Below are positions 41,501-54,146 of a stretch of DNA of 64,000 nt, piece by piece (positions within the stretch are counted from its first letter, which is position 1; each line of letters starts with the position of its first letter). This stretch comes from Octopus bimaculoides (taxonomy: Eukaryota). The notes beneath the pieces were generated by a model, which ran no database searches, was not told where the DNA came from, and worked only from the letters and a program-made list of their open reading frames with translations. The DNA is taken from contig NC_068981.1 of the NCBI RefSeq assembly GCF_001194135.2, positions 177,321,763-177,385,762 on the forward strand, in the 5' to 3' direction. Position numbers and translations under genes: made by a program.

Positions 41501-44500
41501 AATATGTGCCAATCTAGTTTGTAAAAATATAATTGGTCAACAAGTTTAAATAGATCAAGTTAAATCTAGTTTACAATGTTTGACTCCTGCCAGACCGAGC
41601 ATTCAATAACAAGTAAGCTATTTACAATATCCAATTACCATATGAATTGCACAGAAAACTTAATGGTTTGAACACTGAGATTTTGTGGGGAAAATCCATA
41701 AAATAAACTATTTTAAAATGCTTGAGAAAAAGTAATTATTAAATTATTTTTAATAGTGACAAGCCAGGCAGCAATTGTGAGGCATTACAAATGTACATTA
41801 CCAGAAGATAAATAATGGGGGAAGTGAGAAAAGCATAACTTACATGTTAATCAACATATTCATGAAATCTCTTTGGGGGCATTCTAGCATCAATAATCTC
41901 AATATTAAAAATTTGTTTGTTTATTTTGTCTAATATTTTACAGAATACCCTTAAACTAAGATGGACACCAGTATTATTGTGTGGTGTCAAGGACAATCCT
42001 GTCAAAACTATAACACTATCTGCTTGCTATTGTGTTCAGCATTCTGAGTCATGGCCAACACAGAATCATGGATATGATATTCCCAAAGGGATGAGAGAAT
42101 GAGCTGATGAAAATGGTGCAGCTATGTGGATGATGTGTTCGTTCTATCGAAGTATGCATGGCAATATTATGACAAATACAGTTACAGCCAGCTTTCTTTT
42201 GTTTAGTAATATTTTATTTTCTCTTGAGATATGAGAGGCTTCACAGCAAATTGATTCTATTGTCATGTCACTTGCCTATTGCATATTAACAAATGATATT
42301 GGGATATCTTTTGAAATCTTTAAACAGTTATCAATCTTTCAAGAAATATTTCCTATTTGTGATTATAGAGAAAGTGTGTGTATGGATTTTAAAAGGATTC
42401 TTGTAATCAGATTTGTTAAACAAAAAAATGTAATGCTATCTCAATTATTACTAAACTATTTTGTAATTATTATAATTGTAAGTAATACTATTACAATCTT
42501 AATTATACTGGTAAATTTTAAGTAATGTGCTATAGTTTTTATTGTATTTTATTTTTGTGTGAGCTGAAAACATGATATAAGAATGGCTCTAAAAGCAATA
42601 AATTCTCACTATTATAACTGCTTAGAAAGTACCAAGCTTCAAATTCCATTTATTTATGTATTTTTAATATATACAATAGAATTATATCTATAAAGTGAAT
42701 ATGCTTAACATTAAAATGATTGACTTTATATAAAGTTTATGCATTTTTCACTACAAGTTAGTGGAAATTTATATAACTTACAAAGATACTAAACTCGTGT
42801 TAGTTATTAAAGGTAACAAGATGATTACTGATTTTGGAAGTCTTATGACATTTCAACAACAAAAATATCATCCTGTCTAAAATCCAGACAATTGTGCCAA
42901 GTAAAATTTTACTTTTAAGTACTTTAAAATACTAAAATTCAAAGTCTATTTGTTGGTGTGTTCTACAATTTTAGCTAAAACAACCCACTGTGGCAATAAA
43001 ATGTTCTGACAATTATACTATTTAACACAAGGCCTTTTGCCTAAAATAAATTTCAGTTCATTTCTGGGCCTGGAATTCTAAAAATTGAAAAATGTTGTTA
43101 ATTATTGTATCAACATGGTAAAGTAATTTTCAGCCATCCATGAACTAAAGACAACTCATCATGTCAACATACATTCTAACTCATTCACCAACAACTATAC
43201 AAACATATTGATGGAAAAAGAAGGGGAGAAATTACTTCATTTTAATCCAATTCCTGTCTTTGAGACAGACTGACAGAAACAGCAACTCATTTTTTTTTCC
43301 ACTATTGGTTATGTTTTTTTTTTTTCTTTGTTCATAAAAAATGATGGCGCTTCCTCATTTCCAAGGGCCTTATGAAAGTGAAAATATTTATTTTGTCAGT
43401 AGATGTTTCTAGGTCAAAAAGTGCAAGTCTTATTTATGAGAAAAGGAAGGACGGGGAGGAAGTGAAAGTGTTTTATGGGCTATTATTTTAATGCTTGACA
43501 TGACATACACCCAACAATGCATGAGCTCAATGGATTGTACATGAAATAGTTTTCCTAGGAAAAATGTTTTTGCAATGACAATTTCTTATGACAAACTCGC
43601 TTGCTACACCTCCACAGTTATTCACCAGCCTGATGCAGGTCCTCTCTAAGCTTTACATCCTCATCACAACTAGAACAAACTCATTTACAAGGGAAAAAAT
43701 CCATATCTTTTGAAGAAATTATTTGTTTTTTGTATTTACTTTTAATTATTCTAACTCTTCAATTAACCTAAATTCGATACCTAAGTAGTTAATAGCCATG
43801 CTTTTCTCATATTAATTAGAATTTGATAAATATATTTGGATACAGCTTCAAATATGACAACATGACATTGGATGCTTTAAGTATCCACCCAACACTTTCT
43901 AGTTCACAGTTTTATTTTCATTCCTTAGTAATTTCATTTTGTAGAAAACAACTCCCAATTTCTGACTTGGAAACACTTTACTTTTTGACAAATCAAATAT
44001 TTCACTTTCTTGGAGCCCTGGATATATAAAGAAGCACTGAAATGTCTTATTTTCAGTAATACTAGCTTTAATATAACATTGTTTTTAACAGTGGTGTTAT
44101 AAATAGTGAGTTATATATAAGTTCTTAATCACACAAATACATTTGTCTCTATATTAACTGACATAATTTCATATGAATTTTATATACATTAAATTATTGG
44201 TACATTTGCACAATATGAACTCTGTCTTTTTTTATTAATATTTTCTACTTCCCATTTCAGAGTATAGTATACAATCAGTACTAACATTTTCATTGTCTTT
44301 TTCTCCAAAACGTTTTTAACCTTTTTAGATTTGTTAAACAAAGACAATAATAATCTTGTTCAGAAAAATTCAGTTTCTAGTTATGGTTACAGTAAGTGTT
44401 TATGGTTAAGATTAACAGTAAGAGCTAGATTTTAGGGATAGGGGGAAATATAGTTTTTTGGAACCACAATCATAATCTGCAATGTTTAAAATACAGGAAT

Positions 44501-44729
44501 ATGAAAACATATTCTAAATAAATTTTAAAATTTGAGAATTGCAGAAAGGAAGATGCTGTATATTGTATATCAACATGCATGTATATGCAGTGAGTGAGTG
44601 AGAGAGAGAGTGAGTGAGAGTAAATTATACTGGCTGCATTGTCATGGCTGGAATGGCATTGTGATATTGTGATGTTCATTTTACAACAGATACAGGAAGG
44701 TGGGTGCTTTACGCAAAACTCTATCACAT

Positions 44730-44794
<65 letters not shown>

Positions 44795-44960
44795 NNNNNN
44801 NNNNNNNNNNNNNNNNNNNNNNNNNNNNNNNNNNNNNNNNNNNNNNNNNNNNNNNNNNNNNNNNNNNNNNNNNNNNNNNNNNNNNNNNNNNNNNNNNNNN
44901 NNNNNNNNNNNNNNNNNNNNNNNNNNNNNNNNNNNNNNNNNNNNNNNNNNNNNNNNNNNN
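44795..44960. other. Assembly gap (166 N) after a (GT)n tract
   Basis: Run of N. Confidence 1.
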
Positions 44961-45135
44961 TACGAACAGATGATGAACACACAGAACAACCATTGGCTTG
45001 CCGTGTCCCCAAAACATGTAGCAAGAGTAACAAAAAAAAAACATCCAGTCAACATCATGATGTTTGGAGTGATCACTAGTGATGGTGATGTTATGCCTCC
45101 ATTCATCTTTCCACATGGCCTCAGACTCAATACAT
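44961..45135 (+). mobile_element. Tc1/mariner-superfamily transposase fragment (maT/DD37D-like)
   Basis: QMMNTQNNHWLAVSPKHVARVTKKKHPVNIMMFGVITSDGDVMPPFIFPHGLRLNT resembles the K.P..VMV.G.I...G..P..F segment after the first catalytic Asp. Subfamily assignment is tentative. Confidence 0.75.
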
Positions 45136-46957
45136 ATATATTAAAAGTATACAGACCATTTTGTCATGGTTAGGGTGACAGCACTGTGATTTAGTTTTTT
45201 TTTTTTTTTTCCTTTACAGTGAATTAATTATTGATGTGTGAGTAATATTTTAAGAATTAAAAACAAAAAAATGTACGTCAGAAATGATATACACATTATG
45301 CTCAAAAATATAAAATTTATGCAGAGTAACAATGATTCTTATTCAAAAGATTGTCCATCAACTGTATTCTTTATTTCTGGGACAATGCTGGGTATACTTC
45401 TAGTGCTAACATTTATTACCTAAGTTACATAGAGAATTAATTTATCAAAATATTTGCTTTGTCCAGACACCAGATATATTTGGTCTGACTCATTAGCAAC
45501 AAAACAACAAATATCCCTAAAATATTAGCTATTGTGTGGTCAGGCAAACTGTAATGCAGTGTTGTATTAGCTACCTCTCATTGCTAAGGGATATAACCCA
45601 GTCCCCTACCCAATCAATAATTTACAAACAATAAATATACATCATTATTTGGTTCAACTGAGTTTTAAAAAAAAGATTAAAAAATCTGAATTATAACAAG
45701 TGTGGCACTCTTCAAAGAAAAAAAAGTATTTAAAATTACATAAGCAAATATGAATGCATAAATATATTTAATAAGTGTCAACATAATTGTGTAGTTAAGA
45801 AGTTTATTTTACAATCACATGGTTTTTATCTTGATCACTGTGCTAGTATCTTCTACTATAACCTCAATCATGTTGAGCTGCTCAGAACCTCATGAATGGA
45901 ATTTTGTAGAGTGAAATATGCAGAAGCCTGTTGCATGTGTGTGTGTGTTCTGTACCTGCTTTTCCCATGCTGCTACGGGTTGGACACAAGTTTTACTAAG
46001 GTAGCATTCTATGACCAGATACCTTTCTTATTGCCAACCCTTAACGGTTTTTCAAGTAAGGTATTTATATTCCGTTTCTCTTCACACTTTGAAACTGACA
46101 AAGCTGCCACATACAAGACGTATTGTTTACAGATGTTAATGTAACATCACTGTTGCTCCAACAGTGTTAAATGTGAAGATACATGGAAATAAACATTCAC
46201 ACACACACAATAGGCTTCTGTATCGTTTTTGCCAAAGTGCCACACAGTGGGAAGGAACCTAAAATCAGGTGGTTGAACGGTGAAATGTATACCAACACAC
46301 CTATGTCTGTGCTCATGCCTCATGCTCACATGCACACATACACATATGCACATACATGTGTGCATGCATGTTTGCATGTAGCAGACTGAAATAATTACTG
46401 GGGTTGGTATGATTAAGTCAACCCTCAAAGGAAGAAAATAAGCAAAAAATATAGCATGTTTCGATTGAATGATGAGAAGCAGCTTTACATTGTGTGTATG
46501 TGTATGACTATGTTATACAATAAGGTTTCCCAAGTACACATTTACATTCAAAATAGGTGACAGATTAACTCATTTTAAGAGTCTATTGATCATTTATGCA
46601 TTCTCAATTGAAATCATTATATAGATTCAGTCCTGGTTAGCTTTAATTACCACCAACAAAATTTTTTTAAATTATGAAACCAGTTTACAATTAACCCTTT
46701 CATTGTTATATTTCTATTGAAATAAGCTGCCTTTTAGTCAATTAATTTTGAAAACAACAAAGAATTTAGTAAAATAGTTCAGAGCGAGTTCAACTGTTTA
46801 TGGCATGACCTCTAAGTAGTAGTAGTAGTAGTAGTAGTACACATAAAAAAAACACCTTTACAAAGTAAAGGTTAAGTTTATTCCTATAAGGCTTATTATA
46901 CCACAAAAGTAACTTGAATTGTTTAAATTAGAATGTATAAGTCAACATTTGATTTTG

Positions 46958-47360
46958 CTTGTGTGGTAAGAAGCTTGCTTCCCAACCACATGATTCTGGG
47001 TTCAGTCCCTCTGTGTGGCACCTTGGGCAAGTGTCTTTCACTATAGCCTCGGGTTAACCAAAGCCTTGTGAGTGGATTTGGTAGACAGAAACTGAGAAGA
47101 AACCTGTCTTGTATATATATATGTATGTATGTATATTTATGTATGTGTATTTATGTCTGTGTTTGCCCCCCCCCCCCCATCGTTTGACAACCAATGTTGG
47201 TGTGTTTGTCTCCATAACTTGGTGGTTTAGCAAAAGAGACCGATAGAATAAGGATCAGGCTTACAAAGAATAAATCCTGGGGTTGATTTCGTTGACTCAA
47301 AGGCGATGTTCCAGCATGGCCACAGTCAAATGACTGAAACAAGTAAAAGAATAAAAGAAT
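46958..47360 (+). mobile_element. SINE family B, near full length
   Basis: TGTGTGGTAAGAAGCTTGCT (A-box-like), GGGTTCAGTCCC (B-box-like), internal (TA/TG)n tract, tail ATGACTGAAACAAGTAAAAGAATAAAAGAAT. Confidence 0.88.
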
Positions 47361-47772
47361 ATAAAAGTTTTGTTTTAAGTGTTACATCATTTGTCTATTT
47401 CTTTTTTTTCTTTTCATTTGCAAAGGAATTAAGTCTATAATTACTTAGAAACTCAAGTTTTTATCTCAATTACCTATTGAGTAATTCACTATTGAAAATG
47501 TTAAATTTTTCTATTAATTACAGGTGCAATTTTGATTGATAAAAATTTGTGCAGGGGATGGTATTACTTAGTATCTTGCATATATATGTTAGTCCCCATG
47601 TAATTGAAAGTAAACTGAGTTTAGCACCACTTCAAATTTCATTCATATATTCTTTAAAAAAAGAAACAGATCTAGTCTTGTAAGTCATTCATTTAACAAA
47701 TAAAAGCATCTTCTCTACTAAATGTATTGAGTACTTTACTTTAATTGTGTCATCTCTCCACCTTATTCCAAA

Positions 47773-47900
47773 CTGTCTAGAACTCCTTAAATTGAATGAC
47801 TGTCTAGAACTCCTTAAATTGAATGTCTGTCTAGAACTCCTTAAATTGAATGACTGTCTAAAACTCTTTAAATTGAATGACTGTCTAGAACTCCTTAAAT
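47773..47900. repeat. 27-bp minisatellite, about 4.7 copies
   Basis: Unit CTGTCTAGAACTCCTTAAATTGAATGA at 47773, 47800, 47827, 47854 and partially at 47881, with no spacers. Confidence 0.95.
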
Positions 47901-48825
47901 CTACAACCCTGCACTTTACTCTCAAGAACTACAAAGTTTGAAATAAGCCTAAGAGACTTAATAACCCAAGAAAACTAGACATAGAACCATAATATCAGAA
48001 TTGTAGAGAATAATCATGTAAAAAGCTTTTCTAAACAAATGTCTAGAAGCTAGGGATGGTTGCATATCATGTGAATGCATCAAGAACAGGAAATAGCAAA
48101 TTTACAGTCAATAAGAAGTAATATGATATGCCATCAAACACATGAGTGATGTTATGAAAATTATTTATCAACAATTAAAAAATGTAGATCTTAATTGCCA
48201 ATAATTCATTTCTTCTTTAAAAAGGTAACTGAAGTTAGCAGCAATGGACTCCATACCCTACATTATTAATTATCATTTTCATTGCACTACATTGCAACTT
48301 CAAATCCAGCTGAGATTGATAGCTTTTGTTCCTCTGAGGTTAGGATTGATAAAATAAATGGTAGTAATATATTAAGCACTGACTTTAAAAGTCTGGTTAT
48401 GGTTTACTTATGGTTTGGGACTTATTCCCAAAGTGCAACACTTTGAGCAAGTGTCTTCTCCCATGACCTCAGGTTGACAAAGCCATCAAAGCTTCTATCC
48501 ATTCTTGGGGAGTAGACTTAATCTGTTGCCTAGTTTCACACCCAGCCCTTGGGTACCTCTAGCAGAGCCCATTCTGTTGCAAACATTCAGGCCAAATCTC
48601 TGATCTGGGGATAATTTCCAATATAACTGCCTCTCCTGCACATAACTGGATAATATCTTTGATAGATACCTCTGCCATGCCTTTCAGATGACTTAATGTT
48701 GCACATTCACTTCCTATTTCACTGATATGCAACATCACACTCCTTGCACATAGTCAAGTATTGGGGTTGATGATATCAACTAATTCTCTTCTCTCAAAAT
48801 TACTGGCTTTGAGCCAAAATCATTA

Positions 48826-49110
48826 TTATTATTGAGTGAGAGAGCAGTGCATGCCATCAAAGTGACACTGGGGTAAAATATACAAAGCCCAGTATACCCA
48901 TCATGACTACCCGTCTGATAAGGGTACACCAGGCACATGCATCACAACCATGTGTGCGTGACAGGGTGATCTCATATCACGATAAACAGCGCATGATCTC
49001 ACAGGTGGGGCCCAGTTAGAATTTTCTTCAGGTTGAGTAGCCCATCCAGCTCAAAAGATCTCTGAATAAGGTTTGTTTAAGGATGTTGAGCAAAACACCC
49101 ATGTTTCCAT
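48826..49110 (-). mobile_element. 3' end of a retroelement with an (AAT)n tail
   Basis: ATTATTATTATT-GAGTGAGAGAGCAGTGCATGCCATCAAAGTGACACTGGGG... I recall this as a common octopus interspersed repeat. (TTA)n also lies at the other end. Confidence 0.5.
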
Positions 49111-49123
49111 ATTATTATTATCT

Positions 49124-49335
49124 AAGGCAGTGAGCTAGCAAAATCATTAATGCACCAGACAAAATGCTTAGCAGCATTTCACCCATCTTTACATTCTGAA
49201 TTCAAACTCCACAAAGGTCGACTTTACTTTTCATCCTTTCAGCGTTGATAAAATAAGTACCAGATTAGCATTGGGGTTGATGTAATTGACTTAACACCTC
49301 TCCTATACTAGCTGGCCTTGCACCAAAGTTTGAAA
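49124..49335 (+). mobile_element. SINE family A, CpG-decayed
   Basis: AAGGCAGTGAGCTAGCAAAATCATT...; only 2 CpG remain by manual count. Confidence 0.85.
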
Positions 49336-50160
49336 TTATTATTATTGTTCTTCTTCTTGTTCATGCTTTTATTTATCTGTTTCATAAATGTGAGAAATTG
49401 AAAAATATCTTGATCAGAAATAACTACACCAATGATCCCTTAACCCTATTGATTTTGAAGGAGGAGTAATTCTTTATCTGGAAAAGATATACTGGGGTGT
49501 ATTCTGATTACCTCCTCATGTAGAAGGATTTAAACTGCACTTCAGGTTAGAAAAGCACTTGGCTGTAATAGGACAGTGAGCTATAATTCTTTATAAAGTT
49601 TATTCACAGCTTGCTGGACTATTGTTCTATTGATTTTTATGTGTTTTCACAAAGAGACAAAACACAGCTCTATTGAACAGGACACAAATCTTGAACTGTT
49701 ATTCCGATGACTAGCACTAGTGATTTAAAGTTCTACTTTTCATATTTCTTGAAACTTGTTTTTCAATTAGATAATCTTAAGCTGTTGATTTATTTATTTA
49801 TTTCTAATCAGAAATAGAGATGATCACTACAGCTAAATTTGATCTACCAGTTATATTTTTCTTAACATTTAAAAAAAAGGTTTTGAAAATGAATAAATAT
49901 TATCATTTGTTAATGACAAAATCTTTATTGTTGTAAATCATCCCTACACACAACAAAATATCTACCTCAGTTATGATTCAAATGAGTTTCTACAAATTTT
50001 CATTTCAAATTTAAAACCTCACAACTTAATTATGCTTTAAGAATATAGTACACTGAGCTTGTGACAATAGTACTGATAATGACATTATCATTGATAAAAC
50101 AGGTAATAGATTAACTAAAGGGAACACATGACTCATGCATTGGGCAGAAATAAAACTTAC

Positions 50161-50215
50161 TGAATACAGTAGCTTGGTGGCCATTGCTCTCGTGTGTGAA
50201 CTCTGCCAATGCAAT
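50161..50215 (-). CDS. Candidate exon (55 nt), possibly containing the start codon
   Basis: Acceptor ttgtttacatacag, donor gtaagt. All three frames are open; GCAATGGCC would begin MATKLLYS. Confidence 0.35.
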
Positions 50216-52579
50216 CTGTATGTAAACAAACCAGCATGTACACCTGATGACATATTTCACACTTAACATTCAAGAAACTGATTAGCTTTTTGTTTTACCT
50301 GACAGAGGAAAGAGTTTTAAAAGAAAGATGTTTGATAGAAAGGCTCAGTGAGTTAATAATTACTAGAAAATATCTACTAGTAATGGGTAGTCATGTCTGT
50401 CATAAAACTTCTTAAGAAAGGTGTCTGTAAACAAGTGATTGGTAAGTTAGCAATAATAGCTCTTTAAATACTACTTTTCAAATAGGCTCTCTTGTTTTCT
50501 TCTCTAATGAATATTTAGAGTAATAAAATAGAAGAGAATAAGAAGTTGAAAAAAAACTCAAGAGAGATCATTTGTTGTTAAATATAAAGGCTGAAAATGT
50601 CCCTCCCACACACATTCTAGAATAAAGTTTTCATCATATCTATGTTACTTATAATCTGGCCTACTTCTTTAGAATTGCCTAACTAAATACTGGGTCATAA
50701 TGAGTTCAATTACCAATCTAATTTAGGTCAACACAATTGACAACAACAGTTGATTATTCATTAGCCAATGAAGGAGCTTTTATATTTTTACTTGAGCAGC
50801 TAAAAATAGCAACCAAGTCTTCTCAAAATCACACCCTATCATCTTGGATGATGTGATGCTAGATATGCCATATGTGGGGAAAAAAAGGAAGGATAGTCAA
50901 ATCTTGAATACTTGTTTGATCACAGATGACAAGAGGCTAAACAACTGTCGATCATTTGGAAAAAAAGTTCAATTACGATCCAGTTTTTAGCTACTGGCTA
51001 GTTTTTCTTTTCTTTACTTCTTTCAATAGTTTATTCGGATGAGGGCAACATCCATGATCACTTTCAGAGTTTCTGAGACTGGATGTTGGTATTTACATGT
51101 AATGTGAATGGATGATATCAATTGACTAAACTGTGCAATGATCCAATAATGAAGATTCCCCTATAAAAGAACCACAGAAAGGAATACATGGGGAAAAGTG
51201 ATCATAGTTAATGTTATTACTTCTTCCCATGTTTTCACAGTCTAAAATGAATTCCACATAGAAAATTATAAATAAAAATAGGTAAGGTACTATACTATAC
51301 TGTAGATCTTACCAACCCAACTCATATTAGATAAAAAAAAAAACTTAATCTTTTAAAGAAAACAATAAACCTTCAAATTTAATATGCTAAAGTAAAATCT
51401 ATATTAGAAAACTAAAATACAGAATGTAAAGACAATATTTAAGATGCAATTAACACAGAAACATCCTTCATTCGTTTTACAACAAAATGCATTACAAAGT
51501 CAGTTTACCTAATACTTTTGTAACTGAAATGTTTAAAAAAATGTTTTTTAATCGTTTAATTGTTTACATATATCCCCAAAGAAGTTGAGCTGGCCAAGCA
51601 AGTAAAAACTAGTTCAAGGTAAAAAATAAATGTACGTGCACATTCTTTGAGAAACTTGTTTGTAAAGCTTTGAATTAATTGTTGTTGAAAGAAGGGTTGT
51701 TGTTTAGTACCGAGTCAATGCCTATCGACAAGCCCTATGATCAAAGACATTCCAGGTGTGGCCATCTCATCTTTTTTCATGTGTTGGGAATCCAAGAAAA
51801 TAATCATTATCCTAGATGGCTTTTATTTTCTTTAAGATGGTAATGTGTCATTTGAAGGAGATTTTGACTATTATTTCTAGGAGGCCAAACAACCACAACA
51901 ACAAAAAAATCTCGTGAAAGAACGGTTGTCAACCAAAGAGAAACTGATTATTTAATCAAGTGTAAAATGGAGATTATGATTAGATATGTGTTGGTAAAAT
52001 AGAATTTTCTTAGTTCTGTGAATCTTTAGATAACATTTATTGTCACTATTTGCTTGTTTACCACGTCAATGATTTATTTAGATAGACAGCTTAGGGAATT
52101 GGTAAACATAAAAGTATAAAGAACATGACAAATGAAAAAACAATCTCTCTTTATTAACAAATCAATGGTATGACAAGGTTTTTAGCTATTTTTAAAACCT
52201 GGTTGTATCAAAGATATTTAAGAAAATTAATTTACTCTTTAAAACTGGTGATTAGATATTTATATTATAATGAGCAAATAATTTTAAATGCTGAGCAGGT
52301 CTCAAAGCTTCCTTAGTCAATGATATTTCTCTTTCTAAAAGCTAATGGTGTTGGGTTTTTGGAGGGGGTTGGGGTATATGATACCAGAAAAATGATAAAA
52401 TGTTATAAATATTTTTTGAGGCTCTTCTCTATCTGAAATCAGTATTTTTAGCAATAGCCATTGAAATAAGACTATATATAAAAGGCAGCTACCACCCTAG
52501 TTCAATAATACAATGATGATATGAAAGCTTTATTTACTAAGTTGTAACAGAATTACTAACACTAATTACAACACGTAAG

Positions 52580-52770
52580 GGAGCCTCTATGTGGTGACTC
52601 AACATGTTAGAAACAGCAGCCAAATCCCCTTCAAATCATACACTTCCAGCTTAAAAAAAAAAGAGAAGTGCATAATACCTGTAATAAAAATGAGAGGTGC
52701 AGATGGCTGGAACGTCTTTAATCATACGTCTGCCCAGTTAGGGCTGGTCTGGGGTTATACAACAACTATA
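52580..52770 (+). mobile_element. Interspersed repeat family C (unclassified, SINE-like)
   Basis: GAGCCTCTATGTGGTGACTCAAC...TAGAAACAGCAGCCAAATCCCCTTCAAATCATAC...ATGGCTGGAAC...GGGGTTATACAAC. Related copies near 17300, 18950, 20050, 24980, 50780, 51700 and 55400. Confidence 0.7.
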
Positions 52771-52791
52771 TGAATAACTGATGATGATTAC

Positions 52792-52922
52792 TTTCGGGTT
52801 ATAGAATTAAATTAGCCGTATCTTCCATTTCCGGGCTAGAAGAATATATAGGCTGATGATGTTTGACATAAAATAATGTGAGAAGGAGGGATCTTATGAT
52901 CTGGATACATCAACAAAGTGAA
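52792..52922 (-). other. Candidate non-coding (5' UTR) exon
   Basis: Very strong acceptor ttttccctttttttcttcttcttcag and donor gtaatc; stops in all three frames. Confidence 0.3.
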
Positions 52923-53074
52923 CTGAAGAAGAAGAAAAAAAGGGAAAACGTCATTTATTTTCAAAATTGAAAACAATAAGATTTAAAAGAAAGACAAGGA
53001 GACCTTGAGGTAGAGAGTGCGTGTGTGGTTACGTTTTATGGGTGTGCCTAAATTTGAAAGAGAAAGAAGGAATG

Positions 53075-53108
<34 letters not shown>

Positions 53109-53129
53109 CAGATAGATAGATAGATAGAT

Positions 53130-53806
53130 AGACAAACAGAAAGGGTGGTCCGCCCAGTTAACTTATTACGTCGTATTTCACGAAAAGAACATTTATATAT
53201 ATNNNNNNNNNNNNNNNNNNTATATATATATATATATATTTTATATATATATATGGTGGTTGTCTACTCCTTAAACAGAGTTTGACCACCTCCTGCACCT
53301 ACACCTTAGCCCTTTCATATATATATATAAAACGCATTAAACTCGCCTCACATTTCCGATTATGACGTAGGAAAGTGTTGGTGTTTTTGATTTCACTACA
53401 TTTTCATATGGGCCACATGTAATATATTTTTCTCTCACTTCCTTCGCTCCTTTATATCCCCCTCCAATTCTCTTTTGTCTCTCTTTCACTCTCCTCCTTT
53501 CCCCCTCTCTCTCTATTTCTCTCTTTCTCCCTCATTCAAACTCCCTCTGTGTTGAACCTTCCATTTTCTCAGTCTCTTTTCCCCTCGGGAACGACATCAT
53601 CATCATCATCATCATCATCACTCCTTTTAGAAACGATATTCATTTCTTTCTTCCACCCCACAACTCCCGACTGCGTCACTACACCTCTCTTCTCTTTCGG
53701 ATTGGCTCTCTTTCTGCCCGTCCGTTTACGATAAAGAAGAAAGAAAGAAAAAAAAAGAAACGATGACATCGTGGCGTGGCTAAGTAGGAATCGGGAGAAA
53801 AGAAAT

Positions 53807-53838
<32 letters not shown>

Positions 53839-54100
53839 TGTGGAAGGGGGGGAGTCGGGGATATAGAAACCTGCAAGGAGAACGGGGAGAAAGAGAAATG
53901 GAACCGGACAGACGAGGAAAACTAAGATGATGAAGAGAAAACTTTTGAGTGGGTGGGTGTTTTCTCCGCAACTCTGCATACCAAGCATAGCTGTGTGTCT
54001 GGTCTGGATTAGTAACAAAATAGAACCGCCAAAACCCGACAAGAAAGCTTGACACAGAAAAGGAAAACAAAATATACAGTCATGTGACAAAAAGAGCTCT
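53130..54100. promoter_or_regulatory. Candidate promoter region at the edge of the CpG-depleted domain
   Basis: CpG density recovers here. TTCCGATTATGACGTAGGAAAG (CRE/ETS-like) near 53353-53374, long purine/pyrimidine tracts, and a possible minus-strand donor GGAAAT|gtgagg near 53350. Confidence 0.3.
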
Positions 54101-54108
54101 TTGGTCGG

Positions 54109-54146
<38 letters not shown>

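Noticed and set aside
42040-42151. Exon-like segment with two in-frame TGA codons (selenoprotein idea)
   Set aside because: All frames contain stops, there is no similarity to selenoprotein families I know, and I identified no SECIS.
44470-45173. Overlapping 89-187 aa ORFs
   Set aside because: Produced by (GT)n plus an N gap; only the transposase fragment at 44961-45135 is meaningful.
46958-47030. tRNA genes at SINE heads, here and at the family A copies
   Set aside because: Only A-box and B-box-like motifs are present; no full cloverleaf, and each continues into SINE body sequence.
47773-47900. CRISPR-like array
   Set aside because: Units are contiguous with no unique spacers, there are no cas genes, and the context is eukaryotic.
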